From NCBI GenBank assembly GCA_963675665.1, contig OY776510.1, positions 2,368,001-2,432,000 on the forward strand: DNA of 64,000 nt. Direction: 5' to 3'. Positions 57,124 through 64,000 of this stretch are shown here, in pieces (positions within the stretch are counted from its first letter, which is position 1; each line of letters begins with the position of its first letter). A program made the position numbers and the translations under genes. The notes under the pieces were generated by a model. The model did not search any database. It saw nothing but the letters and a program-made list of their open reading frames with translations, and was not told the DNA's origin. The DNA comes from Spirochaetia bacterium. Lineage in GTDB: Bacteria; Spirochaetota; Spirochaetia; UBA9216.

Positions 57124-58077
57124 ATGAAAAGAACTGTAATGGTGATCTGTGCAGTGCTGATGCTTGCATCAGGAATGGTTTTTGCTGGAGGACAGCAGGA
57201 AGCAGTAGAAGACGGAGTATTCCGCGTAGCAGTATCACTGCCGCCGGCAAACAACGCATGGCAGGCAAAGCTTCTTGATTCAGTGCTTGAAGAGACAGCC
57301 AAAGACGTAGACGAATATTCTTTTGTTGTCAAAAATGCTGTTGATGATGCGGACCAGCTGAACATGCTGACAACCTTCAAGGAAGGCAACTACGACATGA
57401 TAATCTGTCTGCCCGGAAACGGCACCCTGATGACCCCGATCTGTGAAGAGATCTATGACGCCGGAATACAGCTGATGATAGTAGACCGCCCGATTGAAAG
57501 CGACAAGTATACAGTACTTATCGGCGGCGACAACTACCTCTGCGGCTCAAATGCGGCGAAATACCTCGGCGACAGGCTTGGAGGCAAGGGCGACATAGCG
57601 ATACTGAGAAGTTATGTGGGAATACCAATCGACCTCGACAGGTATAACGGTTTCATGGAATATCTTACAAAAGAATTTCCGGAAATCAATGTTCTTGTTG
57701 AAGGCGACGGCGAGTTCAACCAGGAAGCAGGGCTTAAGGCTATGAGCGATATCCTTCCGGCATATCCTAACATTGATGCTGTTTACACACAGGATGACGA
57801 AACTGCTGTAGGGGCCCTTACAGCTATCGAAAACGCCGGAAGAACAGACGTACAGTTTGTAACCGGTATGGGCGGCGGAAAGACTTCGTATAAGCTTATG
57901 CAGGAAAAGAATCCTCTTTACGGCGCATCAATGTCTTATTTCCCGACAATGGGCGGCGATGCTATAAGACTTGCAAAAGAGATCCTGAAGGGCGCTTCCT
58001 TTGAGAAGGACAATATTGCTCCTACTTATATTGTTACTGAAGACAATGTTGATCAATACCTTGAGAATGCATACTAG
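57124..58077 (+). CDS. RbsB-like sugar ABC substrate-binding protein
   Basis: 'VFAGGQQE' leader, 'IVDR', 'GGDNY', 'DAVYTQDDE'. Confidence 0.9.
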   Translation: MKRTVMVICAVLMLASGMVFAGGQQEAVEDGVFRVAVSLPPANNAWQAKLLDSVLEETAKDVDEYSFVVKNAVDDADQLNMLTTFKEGNYDMIICLPGNGTLMTPICEEIYDAGIQLMIVDRPIESDKYTVLIGGDNYLCGSNAAKYLGDRLGGKGDIAILRSYVGIPIDLDRYNGFMEYLTKEFPEINVLVEGDGEFNQEAGLKAMSDILPAYPNIDAVYTQDDETAVGALTAIENAGRTDVQFVTGMGGGKTSYKLMQEKNPLYGASMSYFPTMGGDAIRLAKEILKGASFEKDNIAPTYIVTEDNVDQYLENAY

Positions 58078-58157
58078 GATTAGTTTTTATTAATTTACAG
58101 GGGAAACGGCGGCCTGCTCCGACGCTTCCCCGTTTGGAACACAGGAGACTGTAAGGA

Positions 58158-59294
58158 ATGAAGATTTATAAAGCAGGTGTGATAGGCACAGGTTTTGTCG
58201 GGCGTATTCATATTGAAACAATACGCCGGCTGGGTAATGCTGAAGTAACGGCTGTAGCGGATATGGTATCGGCAGAACAAACAGCCGGTGATATGAATAT
58301 CCCCGAATATTTTACAGATTATAAAGAGATGATTGATCAACTCGATCTGGATATTGTGCACATCTGTACGCCTAATAATACGCATTTTGAAATTGCCTGT
58401 TATGCCCTGGATAACGGAGTTAATGTACTATGTGAAAAACCCATGACTGCAACGCTTGAAGAAGCGCAAATACTTGCGGAAAAAGCAAATAAGTCCGGTT
58501 TGATTGCAGCTTTGAATTATCATAATCGGTTTTACCCGATGAACCACCATCTGAGAAATATAATTCGGGACGGAGAACTGGGTGAGATCTTTTCAATAAC
58601 GGGAACATATACCCAGGACTGGCTGCTGAATATAACGGATTACAGCTGGCGTCTCAGTGCTGAAGAATCGGGCAAAACCCGGACGGTTGCAGATATAGGT
58701 TCGCACTGGATGGACCTGGTTGAATTTGTAAGCGGGCATAAAATTACTGCCGTATGCGCTGATTTCTCGATTATACATCCCGTACGGAAAAAACCGAAAA
58801 AGCAGGTCCTTGCATTCTCTACGGATCAGTTTGCTGAAGGCGATTATGAAGATATCCCTGTAAGCACCGAAGACTGCGCAAGCGTGCTGTTCAGGTTTGA
58901 CAATGGGGCAAAGGGGAGCGCTTTCTTTTCACAGGTAATAGCCGGAAAATCCGTTGCTATTGATTATCTTATCGGAGGGTACAGGAAATCAGCTGAATGG
59001 AACAGCGAATTGTGTAATAAGCTTGTGGTAGGAAGAAAAGACAGCTTTTGTGAAGTATCTGAAAAAGGGCCGGTAACGGTTCATCCCGACAGCAGGTCGG
59101 TTGTAGCTTATCCGATAGGGCATCTGGAAGGTTTTCCTGATGCTTTTAAACAGTGTTTTTCCCAGGTTTACGGAAGTATTGACAACCCGTATGCGCCCCG
59201 GGACTATGCTGATATGCAGGACGGACTGCACGAAATGATCCTGTGTGAAAAGATTTTTGAAAGTAATCAGAAACAGAAATGGATAGAAATCTGA
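58158..59294 (+). CDS. Gfo/Idh/MocA oxidoreductase (copy 3)
   Basis: GTGFVG, 'CEKP', 'QDWL...DYSWRL', 'ADIGSHWMD'. Confidence 0.93.
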   Translation: MKIYKAGVIGTGFVGRIHIETIRRLGNAEVTAVADMVSAEQTAGDMNIPEYFTDYKEMIDQLDLDIVHICTPNNTHFEIACYALDNGVNVLCEKPMTATLEEAQILAEKANKSGLIAALNYHNRFYPMNHHLRNIIRDGELGEIFSITGTYTQDWLLNITDYSWRLSAEESGKTRTVADIGSHWMDLVEFVSGHKITAVCADFSIIHPVRKKPKKQVLAFSTDQFAEGDYEDIPVSTEDCASVLFRFDNGAKGSAFFSQVIAGKSVAIDYLIGGYRKSAEWNSELCNKLVVGRKDSFCEVSEKGPVTVHPDSRSVVAYPIGHLEGFPDAFKQCFSQVYGSIDNPYAPRDYADMQDGLHEMILCEKIFESNQKQKWIEI

Positions 59295-59350
59295 ACTGAA
59301 TCTTCCAAACTGTGTTAATCTGATGTAGATATATCTGGAGGCTATTAACT

Positions 59351-60346
59351 ATGAATATTTCAATTTTTTCAGTTGTATATAAAGACCTTCCGCTTGATAA
59401 GGCGCTGGATTCCATAAAGGCAAAGGGAGTTTCTTCCGTTGAAGTCGGCGCAGGGGGGTTTATCGGTAAAGAACACTGTAACCCCGGAGAGCTGCTGGCG
59501 GATAAAGACAAGCTGGGCAAATTCAGGGACAGCTTTGAAAGCAGACATATGGAGATTAATTGTCTTAGTTGTCACGGAAATCCTGTGCATCCTCAGCAGA
59601 AACTTGCAGACGAGTATCATCAGGATATAAAAGACGCAATAGATTTGGCTTCAGAGCTTGGCGTGGAAAAGATTGTAACTTTTTCCGGCTGCCCGGGCGG
59701 CAGCGATACCGACAGCTATCCCAACTGGCCGGTCTCTCCTTTTCCGGAAGATTTTCAGTCGGTTTTTGAATGGCAGTGGAATGAGAAGCTTGTTCCTTAC
59801 TGGAAAAAGATGGGAAAATATGCTGAAGATAAGGGCGTTAAAATTGCAATGGAGCTGCACGGCGGATATTCGGTTCATACGCCCTATACAATGATTAAAA
59901 TGCGTAATGAAACCGGGTGCAAGGTTTTAGGCGGCAACCTTGACCCGAGCCATATGTGGTGGCAGGGAATAGACCCGGCGAAGGCCGCCCGTTATCTTAA
60001 TAACCAGGATTGTCTGTTTCATTTTCATGCCAAGGATGCATTCATTGATGAAGAGTATGTTTCCTATTACGGGGTAACTGATATGCAGAGTTTCGGTGTA
60101 ACATACGGCCGCGGATGGCAGTTTCGGACAGTAGGTTACGGCCATGATATGAAGGTCTGGGCCGATATTTTCAGTACGCTGCGTGCAACCGGGTATGACG
60201 GTGTTATCAGTATTGAGCATGAAGACTCATATATGTCGGTTGAAGAAGGTTTAAATAAGGCTGTTGCTAATCTTAATCAGGTGGTGATCTTCGAGCCGGC
60301 TTCATCGCCAAAAGCTTTTGATATTGACGATAAATTTTTGACTTAA
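59351..60346 (+). CDS. Sugar-phosphate isomerase/epimerase-type TIM barrel (AP-endonuclease-2 fold)
   Basis: 'SCHGNPVHP', 'FSGCPG', 'MELH', 'NLDPSH..WQG', 'HFHAKD', 'SIEHED'. Confidence 0.88.
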   Translation: MNISIFSVVYKDLPLDKALDSIKAKGVSSVEVGAGGFIGKEHCNPGELLADKDKLGKFRDSFESRHMEINCLSCHGNPVHPQQKLADEYHQDIKDAIDLASELGVEKIVTFSGCPGGSDTDSYPNWPVSPFPEDFQSVFEWQWNEKLVPYWKKMGKYAEDKGVKIAMELHGGYSVHTPYTMIKMRNETGCKVLGGNLDPSHMWWQGIDPAKAARYLNNQDCLFHFHAKDAFIDEEYVSYYGVTDMQSFGVTYGRGWQFRTVGYGHDMKVWADIFSTLRATGYDGVISIEHEDSYMSVEEGLNKAVANLNQVVIFEPASSPKAFDIDDKFLT

Positions 60347-60460
60347 AAAGTGCTTGATGTTTTCTGTTCCGGAAGATATTATTGCGCCAATAAAAACAAA
60401 TAATTTTAACTGGAGCTATGCAAGGTTTTAGGTAACCATCCCGGCTCAGGGGATGGGTGT

Positions 60461-62104
60461 ATGCTCCATGGAATAATATTCCTGACAATTTATTTTATAA
60501 TTATGGTTGTTCCTGATTTTCTGCCGGAAAAAAGAAAATCAGGCCGCCTGACTTCAACAGTCATTTCTTCCGACAGCAATTTTTTTCTGTCCGGAAAGAA
60601 CATGTCGGCAGTTGTTCTGCTTGTTTCTACCGCTGCGACAAATTTTTCAGCATTTACAATTCTCGGGTTATCAGGCGCCGGTTACCGCCTGGGTTATGCT
60701 TTTTATCCGGTTATGGCCTTCGGTACCGGTTTTATGGCGCTCGGAATGTACCTTGTCGGAGAACCTCTTGGTGAACTCGGCAGGAAGCGCAGCTATGTCA
60801 GCCCTGCTGATTTTATTCAGGACAGGTACGGCTCTTCGGCACTGGCCAAAGTTTATGCAATTTTACTTGTAATTATTACTTTGCCGTACCTTGCGCTTCA
60901 GCCGATGGCCGCGGGGATAATTCTGGAATCTTTTTTCGGAGTTCCTTACAGGATTGGAGTTGTTGCAAGCCTGGCCGTTGTCGGCCTGTACACAACACGG
61001 GGCGGCATGAGGGCAGTAGCGCGAACCGATCTGATTCAGGGCGTGATAATGCTTGTACTTGCCGCCGCTGCATATGCCGCAGTCCTGCACAGTTTAGGGG
61101 GATTTTCAGAAGCCCATAACACAGCATTCAAGGCCGCTCCTCAGCTTTTTGAGCGGGCAGGCGGGGGGGCGGGTGTTAGTTCGGCTGCTCTGGCCGGGTA
61201 TATCGTTCTCTGGTTTTTTGCCGACCCTATGTTTCCCCAGCTCAATCAGCGTTTTCTGGCAGCCGGCAGCAGCAGAACACTTGAGAAAACAGTGACAATC
61301 TATCCGCTTGTTACTATGGTTCTCTTTTTCCTGACTGTCTCCCTCGGCGTATTGGGAGCAGGCGCTCTTCCCGGCTTGTCGGCAACCGAGTCGGACAGGA
61401 TCTGGCCGGTTCTGATTGCAGAAGCGGCCAGCCCGGTTCTGGCATCTGTTTTTATGATTGCGCCTCTTGCCGCTATTATGTCCACGCTTGATTCGCAATT
61501 GTTAAGTCTCTCTTCAATTGTTACAAGAGATCTGCTTGGAAAAAAGAATACAAAACCTCGAAATATCAAGTTTATCACAGCTGCAATTGCTGCTGCCGGG
61601 TTAATAATTGCACTGTATCCTCCAAATAATATTCTTGATTTTATTAACAAATCAAGCTTTCTCGGTTATGCAGCGCTTGCACCACTTGTATTCGGCGGTC
61701 TTTATGGAAAGCGGTTGAATTATATTGGTGCTTTTTCTTCCATTATAACCGGTGAAGGACTTACCCTTCTGTTCGGGATTGGAGTAATCAGCCCCGGTAA
61801 GATTCCTGCAGTATTTATTATCTGCGGAGCATCATGGCTGGCGATGATTGCCGGTTCATACGCCGGGAAATTGCATCCTGCCGGGTTTCCCGTTTACAGG
61901 CTGCAGGATAAGCTGCCGCTTAAGTGGGCTGTGTTTTTTATAATTCTTTTCATTCTGGGCTGTGATTTCTTAAGCTATTTTGTGTTTAAGAGCACCGGCG
62001 GAGTCCCGGCTGGAGGGTTGCCGTTAAGGATGTATTACCAGGCAGGTTTATGTATTCTGCTTGCGGTAGGATACTTTATGTTTTTTCGAAATAAAAATAG
62101 GTGA
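60461..62104 (+). CDS. Sodium:solute symporter (PutP/PanF-like) with a small C-terminal fused membrane domain
   Basis: 'ATNFSAFT.LG..GAGY', 'YTTRGGMRAVARTDLIQG', 'AAIMSTLDSQLL'. Confidence 0.9.
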   Translation: MLHGIIFLTIYFIIMVVPDFLPEKRKSGRLTSTVISSDSNFFLSGKNMSAVVLLVSTAATNFSAFTILGLSGAGYRLGYAFYPVMAFGTGFMALGMYLVGEPLGELGRKRSYVSPADFIQDRYGSSALAKVYAILLVIITLPYLALQPMAAGIILESFFGVPYRIGVVASLAVVGLYTTRGGMRAVARTDLIQGVIMLVLAAAAYAAVLHSLGGFSEAHNTAFKAAPQLFERAGGGAGVSSAALAGYIVLWFFADPMFPQLNQRFLAAGSSRTLEKTVTIYPLVTMVLFFLTVSLGVLGAGALPGLSATESDRIWPVLIAEAASPVLASVFMIAPLAAIMSTLDSQLLSLSSIVTRDLLGKKNTKPRNIKFITAAIAAAGLIIALYPPNNILDFINKSSFLGYAALAPLVFGGLYGKRLNYIGAFSSIITGEGLTLLFGIGVISPGKIPAVFIICGASWLAMIAGSYAGKLHPAGFPVYRLQDKLPLKWAVFFIILFILGCDFLSYFVFKSTGGVPAGGLPLRMYYQAGLCILLAVGYFMFFRNKNR

Positions 62105-62152
62105 GAGGTTAATTAGAAACCGCCATGTTTCAGTTTGGATATGAGAATGTAA

Positions 62153-63031
62153 TCAGGCTTTGACAATCATTCTTACAAGCTGATCAGCCCCGTTTTCTTC
62201 AAACCTGTAACCGCTGCATGTTTCTACACGCAGCCTCTGGTTCTCAAACCTCCGTTTGAAGGGGTAAAAAATGGTTTCTTTTTCAAAGTATACAGCTTCC
62301 CAGAAAGCGTTATACCCGGCGCCGCAGACAAGAAGATCGACGGCATTGAAATAATCGACCGCCGGAAAGAGTCCCTCCTGGAAATTGGTTGTGTAGATGA
62401 TTTGATAGCCTTCTTCTTCAAGGTAAGAGTATGTCTTTTTTATTTCTTCGTACTCCCCGGGTTTGCCGTTTACTGAAAACAGGCATATTTTTGAACCGCC
62501 GCCGGGACTGAGTTTTTCAAGAGCGGCGGCCCGCGGAAGAATTTCATCGCGGTTGCGGATAACTATCGGGTTGATCTGTTCCATCGTTATTTTGGAATCA
62601 AACGGCTCCGTGGCGATAATACGGTCATACTGCTTCGGTTCAAAAACAAGTGGGTCTCCCGGCAGGGGAATTGAGAAGGCGTCGTCCGATACCTGGCGGC
62701 ACAGAAATATTTTCAGGCAGTCGAACCCGTCTATGAAATGGCGGAGTGTATACCATGACAGGTCGACAAGAAGGACGTCGGGTTTAAGCGCTGCAAGTTT
62801 TAAAAAAAGGGCAGACGACTTGAAGTTATCAGCCCCAAGCTGTTTTTCGTTTTCCGGCGGCAGTTCGACGTGAGAAACGTTCTCCCTGTCCGCCAGTTCG
62901 CCGAAACCGCCGCAGTGAAGAATTGTAAAGTCCGCGTTTATCCCGTTCCGCTTCAGGGCTCGGGCAACGGAAAGCCCCTGAACAATATGCCCGGAACCGG
63001 TCATCATCGAAGAATAGTAAACTATGTTCAT
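62153..63031 (-). CDS. GT-B-fold glycosyltransferase-like protein
   Basis: N-terminal 'TGSGH' loop, 'KPDVLLVD', 'DLLVCGAGYNAFWE', 'ENQ..R', 'NGADQL'. Confidence 0.6.
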   Translation of the reverse strand: MNIVYYSSMMTGSGHIVQGLSVARALKRNGINADFTILHCGGFGELADRENVSHVELPPENEKQLGADNFKSSALFLKLAALKPDVLLVDLSWYTLRHFIDGFDCLKIFLCRQVSDDAFSIPLPGDPLVFEPKQYDRIIATEPFDSKITMEQINPIVIRNRDEILPRAAALEKLSPGGGSKICLFSVNGKPGEYEEIKKTYSYLEEEGYQIIYTTNFQEGLFPAVDYFNAVDLLVCGAGYNAFWEAVYFEKETIFYPFKRRFENQRLRVETCSGYRFEENGADQLVRMIVKA

Positions 63032-63046
63032 TCCGGGCAAAGACTG

Positions 63047-64000
63047 TCAGTACTGTTCGAAAAAACTGAAAGGAGATTCGCCGACGTCGTCCGGGTTGAA
63101 GGTCTCCCAGTCTGATCCGCTGATGTCGTCGAACGAAACAACCCGCTCCGCATCGCTTGAAGAGCCGCCGTTTTCATCTGCCAGCCTTATTTTCCGCGCC
63201 GGCACAGCCAGAAAACGGTGCGGGCCGAAGAAATCAGTGGATTCCGGATCGGTTGACGGCATGCCCTCGGGAGCTCCGTAGCCTGCGACGTATCCAAGCG
63301 AGGTGCTGAATTGCAGGATCTGGAAACCTGTTCCGCCCTGGTTGTTCGCAACATAGACGGCCGAATCCTTTACGATGATGTCCCATGGATCGGCCAGCCC
63401 GGAATAGGCATTGTGCGCAGTCTCCGTTTCGGTAGAGGGATCATACCTGAATACGGCCTTTGCAGCCGAATCATTTGTTCCGACCATATACAGCATGCCG
63501 TTTTGGTCCGAATCAATTCCCGTTATTGTATTAATTGTCGTAGCCGCCAGGCTCAATGTTGCCGGGTTTCCGCCGTCGAGATCGCATTTCCACAGGTTTG
63601 TTCCGTCCGAGTAGTATACGATTCCGTTAGTTCTGTCTACGGCAAGGGCGTCAATTCCGTCGCTCTGGTCCGGGAGGCCTGTTGCCGAGGTGTCGTTTAT
63701 ATCATCGAGAACAAAAACCCGGTTATATCCGGTGGAAAATGCGCGATTGGCAAAATAGATTTTTCCGTCGGCATCATAATCTATATCATAAACACGAAGG
63801 TAACTGCCCGCAAAACCGATTCCCGAATATAGAATTTCGGTCCAGTTGTCGCCGGCCATATTATCAATCTGAACCATTCGGTAATTCTGATAATCGGGGA
63901 TTAAAATCTTCATGTCGTCAATCTGATCGATTGTTACGGCAACATTCGACGCGACCCCGGCGCTAAGGTCGTCTGTTTCAGACCCGTAGAAACTCAGGAA
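63047..64000 (-). CDS. Secreted beta-propeller (NHL-like) protein; 5' end beyond the window
   Basis: Frame stays open upstream of the listed Met 63913 to the window end (FLSFYGSETDDLSAG...); repeated 'DIDYDADGKIYFAN', 'LAVDRTNGIVYY', 'PWDIIV...VYVAN' blades. Confidence 0.65.
   Translation of the reverse strand, partial: FLSFYGSETDDLSAGVASNVAVTIDQIDDMKILIPDYQNYRMVQIDNMAGDNWTEILYSGIGFAGSYLRVYDIDYDADGKIYFANRAFSTGYNRVFVLDDINDTSATGLPDQSDGIDALAVDRTNGIVYYSDGTNLWKCDLDGGNPATLSLAATTINTITGIDSDQNGMLYMVGTNDSAAKAVFRYDPSTETETAHNAYSGLADPWDIIVKDSAVYVANNQGGTGFQILQFSTSLGYVAGYGAPEGMPSTDPESTDFFGPHRFLAVPARKIRLADENGGSSSDAERVVSFDDISGSDWETFNPDDVGESPFSFFEQY

Overview
Gene-dense bacterial chromosomal window, most likely from an anaerobic member of the Spirochaetia (inferred from spirochaete-style lipoboxes such as ILISC and VFSC, 'FAGGQQE'-type solute-binding-protein leaders, and outer-membrane TonB systems). 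No rRNA, tRNA, CRISPR array or transposase was seen. From left to right: a FecR/lipoprotein/OMP group; an internally deleted diguanylate-cyclase remnant; a MATE pump; a cobalamin-riboswitch-controlled corrinoid-capture operon (TonB-dependent receptor plus four lipoproteins, including BtuH-like and BtuG-like ones, TonB, and convergent ExbBD); a GlpA-like/flavoprotein-DUF1667/steroid-5-alpha-reductase-like operon; a PLP enzyme-DUF1611-dipeptide epimerase operon; and ~37 kb of sugar-catabolic loci. The most striking part is 28.7-48.5 kb: two paralogous modules (ABC importer + DegT/KdnA-like aminotransferase + Gfo/Idh/MocA dehydrogenase), the second also carrying a non-pyrrolysine MttB methyltransferase and a UroD/MtaA-like protein but no standard corrinoid protein, immediately followed by an intact mercury-methylation pair hgcA-hgcB. 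Further right is a rare-ketohexose locus (ketose 3-epimerase, kinase, GatZ-like 4-epimerase, OYE-FeS flavoprotein, ABC importer) whose ABC genes have atypical codon usage and are bracketed by a family of structure-conserved palindromic elements. All calls come from motif recognition by eye; no database searches were run.
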